A DNA stretch of 63,985 nt, the filler included, from Octopus bimaculoides (taxonomy: Eukaryota), in NCBI RefSeq assembly GCF_001194135.2. It is 5 parts of 5 records of this genome, joined end to end, with 100 filler letters (N's around TTAATTAATTAA, not from the genome) between each part and the next. Parts side by side here need not be neighbours in the genome. Positions count along the whole stretch, not along the records: positions 1 to 11,078 come from NC_069004.1; positions 11,179 to 37,529 come from NC_068998.1; 3 more parts are not named here. One strand, written 5' to 3'. Within the stretch, counting starts at the first letter, position 1; each line of letters begins with the position of its first letter. The position numbers were made by a program, and so were the translations under genes. Shown here piece after piece: positions 1 to 12,416 of this stretch. The notes under the pieces were generated by a model. It worked only from the letters and a program-made list of their open reading frames with translations, was not told the DNA's origin and made no database searches.

Positions 1-12
1 AGACAGACAGAC

Positions 13-102
<90 letters not shown>

Positions 103-122
103 TAGATAGATAGATAGATAGA
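1..122. repeat. (AGAC)n/(AGAT)n microsatellite, representative of dozens of di-, tri- and tetranucleotide arrays in the window
   Basis: Direct reading; most N gaps are bordered by such arrays. Confidence 0.95.
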
Positions 123-718
123 TGCACATACATGTATGCATGTGTTATAATCGGCGAACTGTACTTCATTGTAACTTGAGAACGCCACCTACTAAAGATA
201 TGTGAAGACGCTATCGTACTTTACTTGCATTATCATTTATCATTGTTGTCGCCGTCTTAGGTGGCGGTAGTGGTTACTGTAGTGGTAGTGGTGGTGACTT
301 TGGTCAGTATAGAATTAAGTTTAATCATTGTCCTGGTTAATATTTTCACAGCAGTAGTCTTACTACTGCTTTACGTTGCTATTGTTATTATTATTACTAT
401 TATTATTATTACTATTACTATTATTATTATTATTATTATTATTATTATCATCTTTGTTTACATATTTACGTACACAAATACTACTCCAGTATTGCCTGGA
501 AAGCGAAAAGAGGACACGCGCTCGGAAAGCGCAATGACATAAAAACTAAGTATATTTATATCCTGACCTGACCTAAACACGGGAAAAAAATAACCTTGAA
601 AAAAACAAAAGCAATCGAAGACAAAGCAAATGAAATAGAACAGGAAAATGTGCAAGAAATATCATCAGAAATTGTAAATCATTTATTTAAAAAAAGTTAA
701 TCTTTGCTATTTGCTGAG

Positions 719-1565
719 ATGGAAAACAATTTACCTGAAAATGAAGTGAAGTTGCCGTACTATGAGGATGTGAAATTACATAACATGAAACCTGTTGATG
801 ATAATAATTTGGACACGGTCAATAATTCGGAGGAAATTTATGAGAGAGACAATTTATTTGCCGATGCTCAACATGGCCATGAACAGCAAAAGTTAATGAA
901 TAATGACATGAAATCAATGAAAACAGACGACACAAAGAGAGAAAGTATATGTTGTTTTATATGGAAATATATCACGTTTAATCGGGGATTAAACATTGCA
1001 ACGCTCACATTTTTAGGGTCTCTTACCAATTCTTTGACAAATGCAGTAGCCCCTTATATTACATCACAAGTAAGCTCTTTAGAGAAACAGTTTGGATTGT
1101 CCAGTGCTGAGTTTGGATTCATTAATAGTGCCAATGATATAGGTTACTTGCTTATCATTCTTGCAGCTAGTCATTTCGCAAAAGATGCACATTTACCCAA
1201 ACTATTCTCTGTCTTAACATTATTTGTCGGTATCACTGTCGGTTGCATGAGCTTAACTTACCTCTTACGTCCAGTCAGTAATTTAGAACTGTTGAAAAAT
1301 TCAGATTCACTGAACGGCACCATTGGAAATAATTCTATAAACATTACAGCGGCACCAACCAATATATATCTGTGTTCTGCTGACAAGTCAACTATTGTTG
1401 AAGAAGCGAATTGTTCGATTGATCACGTAAAGAGTCGCTCTGTATATTTCTTGTTTGTCTTCTTCATGATAGTACTCGGAGTATGTAAAGGTCCAACGTC
1501 ATCCCTGTTACCAACCTATATTGATAATAATGTGCCGAAAAAACATCATTCTAATTTTTTTATCG
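719..1565 (+). CDS. SLCO: OATP/SLCO organic anion transporter, large first coding exon (N-terminus to TM4), copy 1
   Basis: ATG at 719 and an open frame to a phase-1 GTAAGT donor at 1566. QVSSLEKQFGLSSAEFGFINSANDIG...SHFA..AHLPK, a Cys-containing extracellular loop and PTYIDNNV...FIG match the OATP N-terminal half. Family call only; no orthologue assigned. Confidence 0.85.
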
Positions 1566-1675
1566 GTAAGTAAAACCTTGTTTCGTTTCTCACACGTCCG
1601 GCATCCTATATATTTGCATAACTATCACACACACACACATGTATGAATATGTCTATCTATCTATCTATCTATCTA

Positions 1676-1731
<56 letters not shown>

Positions 1732-4178
1732 TCTATACGTAACACACGGTATCATTATTATTGTTTTTCTCCGACACAGTTCATTTATGGCCGGTTTATG
1801 TGTAATTATTCCACATCTCCTGCTCGCAACTAAGAGATACAACACGTTTCTCAGCACATGAGCAGTTTCAAACACCGCAGGCATTTTTGCACTCCCTAAA
1901 CATATCTGGTATGCTCAAGATCTCGGGTATTGTAGCCAGAGCTTTTGAAATTGTTCCGAGTGCACTGATAACAAATAGGACGTTATTAACAGTTGCTCCT
2001 CAGTTTTGTTCAAAAAAGGAAGATGGCGGACGAAGATTGTTCGTCCGCTGAAAAGAACAGTCAATTAACCTCAGAATTGATAAGCCAAATTGTAAAAGTC
2101 AGTGACAACAACAACAACAGCAACAGCTGCAGCAGTAACAACAGCAATAGCAACAACAGCAACAACACAGCACGAGAAATGTATGAGACTAACTTTCCGC
2201 TCTTAGAAGTTTCAACGCTGCCACGGCGATCACAGGAACAACAAAGGGGAACAATGACAACAAAAAGCAACAACAACACTAGAGAGAAGACTGTCATCAC
2301 CGCCAGCAGCAACAGCAAGCCAAGCACCATCAGCACCACCACAACTACAACAAAAAGCATTGATACGAGAAACGAACACAGCGAGCAACGCCGAGGACAA
2401 GATGAACAAAACACCAGAAAAAAAAAAGCAACGACGTCTCCACCACCACCATCTTGCAGGCAGGGCCCTGTTAGAATTTTTTTCACGTCGAGTAGCCCGT
2501 CCAACTCAAGAGGTCCCTCAATAGTGTTCGTTTAAGGATGTTGAACAAAACACCCATGTTTCCAAAGGTGAATTATTCAAACACCAAAGAATTCCTCTCA
2601 ACACATGACTATGATGCTCCCACACCACTTCTGCTCGTGNNNNNNNNNNTGAATTATTCAAACACCAAAGAATTCCTCTCAACACATGACTATGATGCTC
2701 CCACACCACTTCTGCTCGTGATCAGAGATGCACATATCGTCAGCCACCAAGGGACGTGCTCAATTGGTTTATGGTGAAACAACTGACAAGCAAATCTGTG
2801 GTATTGAGCAGAATATTTGCCGTAGTCCATCTTTTATACCAAGACTAAACAATGTACATGATAACACTTCCAATCAGTTAGGATCAGGAGCCATTATTAC
2901 CGTTTTTCTTCTCATTATTAATTAGGCGGCAAACTGGCAGAATTGCAAGCAAGCCGGACAAAATACTTAGCGGAATTTCGTCCGTCTTNNNNNNNNNNNN
3001 NNNNNNNNNNNNNNNNNNNNNNNNNNNNNNNNNNNNNNNNNNNNNNNNNNNNNNNNNNNNNNNNNNNNNNNNNNNNNNNNNNNNNNNNNNNNNNNNNNNN
3101 NNNNNNNNNNNNNNNNNNNNNNNNNNNNNNNNNNNNNNNNNNNNNNNNNNNNNNNNNNNNNNNNNNNNNNNNNNNNNNNNNNNNNNNNNNNNNNNNNNNN
3201 NNNNNNNNNNNNNNNNNNNNNNNNNNNNNNNNNNNNNNNNNNNNNNNNNNNNNNNNNNNNNNNNNNNNNNNNNNNNNNNNNNNNNNNNNNNNNNNNNNNN
3301 NNNNNNNNNNNNNNNNNNNNNNNNNNNNNNNNNNNNNNNNNNNNNNNNNNNNNNNNNNNNNNNNNNNNNNNNNNNNNNNNNNNNNNNNNNNNNNNNNNNN
3401 NNNNNNNNNNNNNNNNNNNNNNNNNNNNNNNNNNNNNNNNNNNNNNNNNNNNNNNNNNNNNNNNNNNNNNNNNNNNNNNNGTTGGTGTATTTACGTTCCC
3501 GTAACGTAGCAGTTCGGCAAAAGAGACCGATAGAATAAGTACTAGGCTTACAAATAATAAGTCCTGGGGTCGATTTGCTCGACTAAAGGCGTTGCTCCAG
3601 CATGGCCGCAGTCAAATGACTGAAACAAGTAAAAGAGTAAAAGAGTATTAATGACGTTTGTCCTTTCATTAACGTCTTGGGAATCGAAACGGCGCTCCTA
3701 CGACCGCGAGTCCGCTGCCCTAACCACTGGGCCATTGCGCCTCCACATGTATTCATACACACACGTATATATACACGATAATAGAAGCACTTTTTTTTTA
3801 CGTTGTATATGTAAACTGATTGTCTCTTTATTAAATATTGGCTCTGGGCTAGCAATTTGGGGGGGGGGAGTAAATCGATTATATCAATCTCAGCGCTTGA
3901 CTAAGTACTTATTTTATCAAGGACGGAAGGCAAAGTCGATCTCGTCGGAATTTGAACTCAGAACGTAAAGATGAACGAAACTCCGCTAAGTAATTTGCCC
4001 GGCGTGCTAACAATTCTGCCTTGCATCTTTTTACTAAATATTACAGAAGTAAAGCGACAGGACAATTTCGTTATTGAGGCTAAATATGTAGTGTTTACTA
4101 AAATCAAATACTTGCAGGTTTAACAGCCTTTGCTAACACACACACACATACATTTATATATACATATATGTATAAATG

Positions 4179-4213
<35 letters not shown>

Positions 4214-4313
4214 NNNNNNNNNNNNNNNNNNNNNNNNNNNNNNNNNNNNNNNNNNNNNNNNNNNNNNNNNNNNNNNNNNNNNNNNNNNNNNNNNNNNNNN
4301 NNNNNNNNNNNNN

Positions 4314-5118
4314 GAGGATGTGAAATTACATAACATGAAACCTGTTGATGATAATAATTTGGAGACGGACAATGATTCGGGGGGTATTTTTGAGAGAGAC
4401 GATTTATTTACCGATGTTCATCATGGACAAGAACAACAACGAAAGTTAATGAATAATGACATGAAATCAATGAAAACAGACGACACAAATAAAGAAAGTA
4501 CATGTCGTTTTCTATGGAGATATATCACGTTTAATCGGGGATTAAACATTACAACGTTCACAATTTTAGGGGCTCTTTCCAATTCTATGACATATGCAGT
4601 AGCCAGCTATATTACATCGCAGGTAAGCTCTTTAGAGAAACAGTTCGGATTGTCCAGTGCTGAGTTTGGATTTATTAATAGTGCCAATGATATTGGTTTC
4701 TTGTTCGTCATTGTTCTAGCTAGTCATTTCGCAAGAGATGCACATTTACCCAAACTATTCTCATTCTTAACATTATTTGTCGGTCTCATTGTCGGTTGCA
4801 TAAGCTTAACTTACCTCTTACGTCCAGTCAGTAATTTAGAACTGTTGAAAAATTCAGACTCACTGAACGGCACCATTGGAAATAATTCTGTAAACATTAC
4901 AGCGGCACCAACCAATATATATCTGTGTTCTGATGACAAGTCAACTATTGTCGAAGAAGCGAATTGTGCGAGTAATTATGTAAAGAGTCACTCGGCATAT
5001 TTCTTGTTTGTCTTCTTCATGATAGTACTCGGAGTAAGTAAAGGCCCAAGATCATCCCTTTTCCCTACCTACGTCGATAACAATGTACCAGAAAAACACC
5101 ACACTGGTGCCTTTATCG
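4314..5118 (+). CDS. SLCO: OATP/SLCO large first coding exon, copy 2 (about 45 nt of the 5' end hidden in the N gap 4214-4313)
   Basis: Colinear paralogue of 764-1565, roughly 80% aa identity by eye, no stops, same phase-1 GTAAGT donor at 5119. Homology extends about 45 nt into the intron. Confidence 0.85.
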
Positions 5119-5623
5119 GTAAGTAATCAAAGATTCGAACAAAACCTTGCTTAGTTTCTCATACGTCCGACATGTCACNNNNNNNNNNNNNNNNNNNNNN
5201 NNNNNNNNNNNNNNNNNNNNNNNNNNNNNNNNNNNNNNNNNNNNNNNNNNNNNNNNNNNNNNNNNNNNNNNNNNNNNNNNNNNNNNNNNNNNNNNNNNNN
5301 NNNNNNNNNNNNNNNNNNNNNNNNNNNNNNNNNNNNNNNNNNNNNNNNNNNNNNNNNNNNNNNNNNNNNNNNNNNNNNNNNNNNNNNNNNNNNNNNNNNN
5401 NNNNNNNNNNNNNNNNNNNNNNNNNNNNNNNNNNNNNNNNNNNNNNNNNNNNNNNNNNNNNNNNNNNNNNNNNNNNNNNNNNNNNNNNNNNNNNNNNNNN
5501 NNNNNNNNNNNNNNNNNNNNNNNNNNNNNNNNNNNNNNNNNNNNNNNNNNNNNNNNNNNNNNNNNNNNNNNNNNNNNNNNNNNNNNNNNNNNATTATTAT
5601 TATTATTATCATTTTCATCATCA

Positions 5624-5658
<35 letters not shown>

Positions 5659-5790
5659 ATTATTTTAATGCTTAGCGTTATTTTGTATTGCCTTTCATCC
5701 TTTCGGGGTCGATAAATTAAGTACCAGTGAAGTACTGGTGTGGATGTGATCGACTTACCCCGCCCCCAAAATTTCAGGCCAGTAGAGCGG

Positions 5791-5856
<66 letters not shown>

Positions 5857-6775
5857 TCTTGTTTCTTTTCATTATAACTTTATTTCAGCTGCTTTAGTAC
5901 CGGGCATCCTCCGGAGGCCAAGAGTAGCAAGGACACTTTTGTTTTGCTATGCATATTAAAATTATCACCACATTTATTCCATTTTAGATGGAGAATGCTT
6001 TCCGTAGTATATGGGCTGTACCCATCAAGATTATCTTTTGTAGTTCACGGAGATTGGAGTTACCAGGGAGTTGCTTAATATACTCCTCAGCTCCCTTCTT
6101 TATCATTTCCAACCCACCAATTACCACTGGTATTATCGTAGTACTAAGCTTCCACATTTTTGTAATTTCAATTTGCAGATCTTTAGAGTGAGAAAGCTTT
6201 TCGTATTCCTTTCTCGAGACATTTTGATCTTGTGGGACTGACATATCTATTAACAGACAAGTTCCTCTGTTGTAGTCCTTGATCACAACGTCTGGTCGAT
6301 TGGAGTCAATTTCTCTGTCTGTTTGTATTGGGAAGTTCCAAAGGATAGTGACGCCCTCACCATTTACTACATCCTCTGGATGGGATTTAATTTTGTAGTA
6401 TTTACAAGCATTCCAGTGGATGTACTGCCCTAGTCTGTCATGCCTTATGTGATACTCCTTTTCAATGAGGACTGGGCAGCCAGAAACAACATGATCAATT
6501 GTCTCTGAATTTTCCGCAAATTCTGCAGAAGCGGTAAGATCCATCTTTATGGACGTTTGCATGGTAGTTTCTGATAGGTAAGTTCTGATCTTGCGCTGCA
6601 ATAACAAAACTTTCTGTTTCTCTTTTCAGACCTGTCCCTTGTAGCCATTGGTGTGTTAGGTTTTGATCAATATCTGTCTTGGACAGGTGGTTTGGGTATT
6701 TTCCATGCAGGAGTTTGCCTTTCCAGTTGTCTTCGATATTATTCATGAAAGCCTTCTTTGCTTTTTGTTTGATGT
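5857..6775 (-). mobile_element. 5'-truncated R4/Dong-like non-LTR retrotransposon remnant (zinc knuckle plus restriction-like endonuclease)
   Basis: W.GKLLHGKY...WL...LKRETESFVIAAQDQ, CRICGKF/ETIDHVVSGC (frameshifted), RPDVVI..CLLIDMSVP...KEYEK, GTAHILRK; the 3' UTR runs into (TAA)n. Confidence 0.85.
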
Positions 6776-6784
6776 TTATTATTA

Positions 6785-6992
6785 TCATTATTATTTTATG
6801 TTTGGCTCCAAGTCTCACCCAGAGACCTCAAGAGACAACAAGTTAGAAGTTCATGCTGTTGGTGTTATGCCTAGGGTGCCATATATTTGGTTTTGCACAT
6901 AGTGTTGTTCTAGAGAATGTTTAAGAAACTATAAGAAAATTACGTTTGTTTTAAAATTTGAAATTACATAGTATTTTACGTGGGCAGTTCCC
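6785..6992 (-). mobile_element. Second short 3' end of a related R4/Dong-like element
   Basis: Minus strand begins ggaactgcccac (GTAH) and ends in an AAT-rich tail; flanked by (ATT)n. Confidence 0.5.
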
Positions 6993-7069
6993 TATTATTA
7001 TTATTATTATTATCATTATTATTATTATTATTATTGTTGTTGTTGTTATTATTATCCAACTGTCTGCCT

Positions 7070-7460
7070 AGTGTATAGTGAAGATCGACACACCACCTTC
7101 CCCTAGCAAAGAAGGAAGGCAAATCTTTCTCTGCTTATTGGATATGGCAAAAGAGGCTGTGTGGTGGATCTGCCAGAATGGTTTGAAGACATTCACTTTT
7201 ACTATCTGACCAAGCCTTCATCAGTTTCTTAGAATATCATACGAAAAAGAAGGTGAGGGAAGAGAGGGAGGTGGTGCCCTCTAGTGTGTTTACCAAAAGG
7301 TGGTCGACAGTGGCAAGACTGGTGAGACCGAATGGACCGACTCTGAGTTTGCTTTTCTAAGCAGAAGGAAAGGAACTAGGAGAGGGCACTTTCTTATGCC
7401 TTGGTAATGGCAGAGTAATCCGGGATTTTTGCGTAGAGTTTACCCCGGATTACCCTAAGT
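7070..7460 (+). mobile_element. Probable L1/Tx1-clade LINE 3' remnant
   Basis: Frameshifted reading IFLCLLDMAKEAVWWICQNGLK / FLEYHTKKKVREEREVVPSSVFTKRWSTVARL resembles L1/Tx1 ORF2 C-termini (from recall, not searched). Confidence 0.4.
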
Positions 7461-7859
7461 GAACTGTCCAGCCAGTGGAGATTCTATTTATGTATCTATT
7501 TATTATTTATTTATTTCTCTAATTTCTATTATATATCCTCAGTTTGGAATTCACTTAGATCATTTCTTTTGGAATATATATATATATATATACACACACA
7601 CATACAAAGATAGAGAGTCAACAAGTGAGATCGAAAGTATCTCAATGTAGAAAACACTTTGTAGCTCTCAAATGGTTTGAACTTGCACTCCGATATCTTC
7701 ACCGATGACCAAGTGAGTAGGGTAAAGAGTAAATATATGGGGAATCCAAATGAGCAGATATGGAGACTAATTCAAATAAACAGGGTTTTCATGTACAAAA
7801 TGTATATAGATGCATAGATGTAAAAAGACAAGACAGACTTAAAGTTTTCAAAGTATAAA

Positions 7860-7893
<34 letters not shown>

Positions 7894-9327
7894 NNNNNNN
7901 NNNNNNNNNNNNNNNNNNNNNNNNNNNNNNNNNNNNNNNNNNNNNNNNNNNNNNNNNNNNNNNNNNNNNNNNNNNNNNNNNNNNNNNNNNNNNNNNNNNN
8001 NNNNNNNNNNNNNNNNNNNNNNNNNNNNNNNNNNNNNNNNNNNNNNNNNNNNNNNNNNNNNNNNNNNNNNNNNNNNNNNNNNNNNNNNNNNNNNNNNNNN
8101 NNNNNNNNNNNNNNNNNNNNNNNNNNNNNNNNNNNNNNNNNNNNNNNNNNNNNNNNNNNNNNNNNNNNNNNNNNNNNNNNNNNNNNNNNNNNNNNNNNNN
8201 NNNNNNNNNNNNNNNNNNNNNNNNNNNNNNNNNNNNNNNNNNNNNNNNNNNNNNNNNNNNNNNNNNNNNNNNNNNNNNNATATATATAATACTTTATATA
8301 GTTTATCATAAAAAATGTTGAGTCTGCCTTCTCTTTTTACATATATAGGCACATGCATGGCTGTGTGGTAAGAAGCTTGTGGGCGAATTGTCCCCTCTAT
8401 GTTTAGACCCTTTTCGTCAATAAATAAATAAGAAGCTTGTGTAGGGCGATGTGCGTCTCCCTACACATTTGCGTAGGAGAATGGTCAGTAGAAAGGTGTT
8501 TAACTGGTAGTTTGAAGTATGTGTGTGTGTGTGTATGTACATGCAGTGTGTATCTGTGTGTTTTGTTCGCAGTGTGTGTGTGTGTGTGAGTGTATGTATG
8601 TATGTGTACGCGTGAGGTTGTGTGTGGGGTTATGTCTGTGGAGTAAATGTACGTTACTCTGTGTGTGTGTGCGTGTATGTATAATTTTGTGTGTGTATGT
8701 ATGAGTGTGTGTTGTGTGTGTATGGAAGGTATGTGTGGGTTCATTTGCATGTGTGTGTGTGTGTATGTACGTGTGTGTATGTGTGTGTGTATATGTGCAT
8801 ATATGTGTTGTATGTGTGTGGTGTGTATGGGAGGTATATGCACGTTCATGTGTGTGTACGGGTGCGTTTATTTTTTCGTGTGTGTGTGTGTGTGTATGTG
8901 TGTGTGCGTCTATATAGAAATATAAATTATAATAAATTATGAAAAATAAGATTGAAAGGGGATAATTGCATGTACGTAAGTGAGCAGTCAATTTTCTACG
9001 CGGAAATCTTACTACACGTGATATTATTAGATAAACGACTACATTACATAATATCAGCACAGACAATAAAGTAATTAAACATTGGTCTAATTAAGAGATA
9101 ACAATTGTCGTTAATAGCACAATTAATCGCACAATTAATCGTTAAGACTTTGTAACTAACTAACACAATAAGAAAAAATATATCAGAAAGTTATACCCCA
9201 CTCCTCCAGATTTAAACACGATAAAATTTACATGCTTTAAAATATTACAATGACTACCTCGTTCTAAAATTTGACATCTAAGATTAATTGTAAATAAACA
9301 ATATAAATAACGACTACTTTTATTTTA

Positions 9328-9934
9328 TTTTACTTGTTTCAGTCATTTGACTGCGGCCATGCTGGAGCACCGCCTTTTAGTCGAGCAAATCGACCCCAGG
9401 ACTTATTCTTTAGAAGCCTAGTACTTATTCTATCGATCTCTTTTGCCGAACCGCTAGCTTACGGGGACGTAAACACACCAGCATCGGTTGTCAAGCGATG
9501 TTGGGGGGACAAACACAGACACACAAACACATACACACAAACACATACATATATATATATATACATATATACGACGGGCTTCTTTCAGTTTCCGTCTACC
9601 AAATCCACTCACAAGGCTTTGGTNNNNNNNNNNGATCTCTTTTGCCGAACCGCTAGCTTACGGGGACGTAAACACACCAGCATCGGTTGTCAAGCGATGT
9701 TGGGGGGACAAACACAGACACACAAACACATACACACAAACACATACATATATATATATATACATATATACGACGGGCTTCTTTCAGTTTCCGTCTACCA
9801 AATCCACTCACAAGGCTTTGGTCTGCCCGAGGCTATAGTAGAAGACACTTGCCCAAGGTGCCACGCAGTGGGAATGAACCTGGAACCATGTGGTTGGTAA
9901 GCAAGCTACTTACCACACAGCCACTCCTGCGCCT
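9328..9934 (-). mobile_element. tRNA-derived SINE family 1 (internal TA/TG tract, GAAACAAGTAAAA tail)
   Basis: Many homologous copies: about 3481-3648, 16705-16950, 35418-35506, 37661-37898, 48040-48244, 57001-57160, 61008-61290 and 63258-63490. This copy includes an assembly duplication around the 10-N gap. Confidence 0.85.
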
Positions 9935-10450
9935 ATGGTGGTACATATTTAATAGTTCGGATAGTTACTAATTATCAGTTAATGAATATAAACAAACAGG
10001 AATTCATCCCAATTCTCTGGGACATGTTAGGGCGAAATTAAATCCAATACTACCAGTTGCAAAATGACGCTTTTAAAATCTTTGTGGTTCACTCCAAAAT
10101 GTTGTCTTCATCCCGATGAGTTGGCTACCCCTTCATTACTTGTCCCTTATCTCAACTAAACTTTATAAATGCATTTTTAAACTCATTTCTGATAAAGGTT
10201 GAGAAAGCCTCGCTCCCACCCAACTACATTTCACTATCTCTCGCTCTCTTTCTTTTTTCATTCTTTGTTTCTTTCTTTTCTCTCTCTCTCTCTCTCTCAG
10301 TCTCTCTCTTTCTCGACACACATATATTGCTCTGACGAAGCTATGAGATATCGAATTAGCATACAACTCTAGATCCCCAGTTCCTTATAGTAGAAACAGT
10401 TGTAAGCTAATGAAAATATATATGTACCTACATAGGTGTATATGTGCGTG

Positions 10451-10543
<93 letters not shown>

Positions 10544-10546
10544 TCT

Positions 10547-10707
10547 CTGAGTGGTTAGCGTTAGGAAGGGCATCCAGGTGTAGAAACTCTGCCAAATTTA
10601 GATTGGAGCCTTGTGTTGCCATCCGGTTTCACCAGTCCTCAGTCAAATCGTCCAACCCATGCTAGCATGGAAAGCGGACGTTAAACGATGATGATGATGA
10701 TGATGAT
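10547..10707 (+). mobile_element. (GAT)n-tailed retroposon 3' end, probably RTE-associated
   Basis: CCAACCCATGCTAGCATGGAAAGCGGACGTTAAACGATGATG recurs at about 12620-12720, 13243-13305, 15000-15062 and 26960-27012. Confidence 0.65.
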
Positions 10708-10875
10708 ATATGCATGTGTGTCTGTGTGAGATTGTGTATGTTTCCGTCCCTTTGTTTTGACATCACATTATAGTTGTAAACTATTGTCACTGTCATACAA
10801 GCAGTGTCAATATTCTGCGAGAGAATATCTGGCAAAAGTGAAATATGAGAGCCACTGCCTGGTACTGCATCAGGA

Positions 10876-10907
<32 letters not shown>

Positions 10908-11078
10908 GTTCAGTAGTTTTATTTTTATAACGTGCTTTCACTTCACTACCGAGCGCAGCTCTGTGCGCCTTGGGTATGTGCTGTGGTTTGCTGTGGTGTT
11001 CTTATGGTTACTGTATTGAAAGTGTTTTGCGTGGGATGTGTGCTGTGCCCAGTAGTGCAATTTTCTGTATGTTATATA

Positions 11079-11178
11079 NNNNNNNNNNNNNNNNNNNNNN
11101 NNNNNNNNNNNNNNNNNNNNNNTTAATTAATTAANNNNNNNNNNNNNNNNNNNNNNNNNNNNNNNNNNNNNNNNNNNN
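11079..11178. other. Artificial scaffold-joining spacer
   Basis: 44 N + TTAATTAATTAA (stops in all six frames) + 44 N. Confidence 0.97.
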
Positions 11179-11219
<41 letters not shown>

Positions 11220-11707
11220 AATAGACAGACAGACATGCACAACCTCACATGTATATATATAAAATCTATAGTGATAGGTACATGTGTAGAAACGCACATG
11301 AAGATGTTTGAGTGTGTGCATAGAGAAATATAGATCTAAGCTGTCATGCATCTGTTTCTGTGCGGGGCACATATAACATTATATATATATTTGTATATAT
11401 ATATATATACACATGCATATATCTATGTATGTTTGTATGTGTGAGAGAGGGAGAAAAAGAAGGAGAAGACGTATATGTTAGGAGCTATTCACATCAACAC
11501 ATACACATACACACACACAGACGTATATGCTAGCATATCAACAGGAAGAGATAAAAGCATAATTCAAATGTGATAAAGTGATCTGTGCATTAACCAATTG
11601 CTCTCTGCAACTGAAATGCGGAGAAAAATTAGGGGTCAGAGTTAGGGTTCAGCAGTTTGTGATGCTGACAGACACATAACTTTCCATCACCGCCGCCACC
11701 ACTACAG

Positions 11708-11744
<37 letters not shown>

Positions 11745-11974
11745 ATTGATAACAGACAAAAGTCTTGGTACCATCAACATCATTATGTTGCTGACAAGGG
11801 TAAGACAAATAACAAAAATAAATCCTATCTATATATATATATACAAACACACAATTCTGGTGTGTAGAATACAGTGTCAGATATGGTCTGTGTATTCCAT
11901 ATTTTATTGTTTTGTGTATTTTGTGGTGGTTGAGGACTAGTTGTCAGCACTATATCTTTACAGGCTATAGGGTA

Positions 11975-12416
11975 TTAGCACTATCCCTCTACACTGTCAC
12001 ACCATTGTATCACATCATCATCATCGCATCACTGTATCTCTACACTGTTATGCTGTTGTATCTCTTCCCTGTCACACCACTGTATCTCTACTCTGTTGCA
12101 CCGCTGTATCTCTATACTGTCACTCCGTTGTTTCTCTACACTGTCATGCCGTTGTGTCTCTACACTGTTATACCACTGTGTCTCTACACTGTCATATTGC
12201 TGTCTGTACATTGTTACACCGTTGTGTCTCTACACTGTCACATCATTGTATCTCTACAATGTCACATTGCTGTCTCTACACTGTCATGCCACTGTATCTC
12301 TACATTGTCACAATGCTGTATCTCTACACTGTCACACTGCTGTGTCTCTACACTGTCACATTGTTGTTTCTACACTGTCATGTCACTGTATCTCTACACT
12401 GTCACACTGCTCTATG
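11975..12416. repeat. Minisatellite with a unit of about 24 bp (TCTCTACACTGTCA...), about 18 copies
   Basis: CTACACTGT recurs at mostly 24-nt spacing; lies in an INPP5A intron or past the last visible exon. Confidence 0.8.

Noticed and set aside
2570-2720. About 70-bp tandem duplication resembling a repeat-spacer unit
   Set aside because: Exact duplicate on either side of a 10-N gap: unmerged contig overlap, not CRISPR or a real repeat.
9447-9805. Duplicated block of about 175 bp inside a SINE
   Set aside because: Identical copies straddle a 10-N gap; assembly artefact.
10332-10365. CTGACGA followed by a GCTA/TAGC stem
   Set aside because: GAAA core absent.
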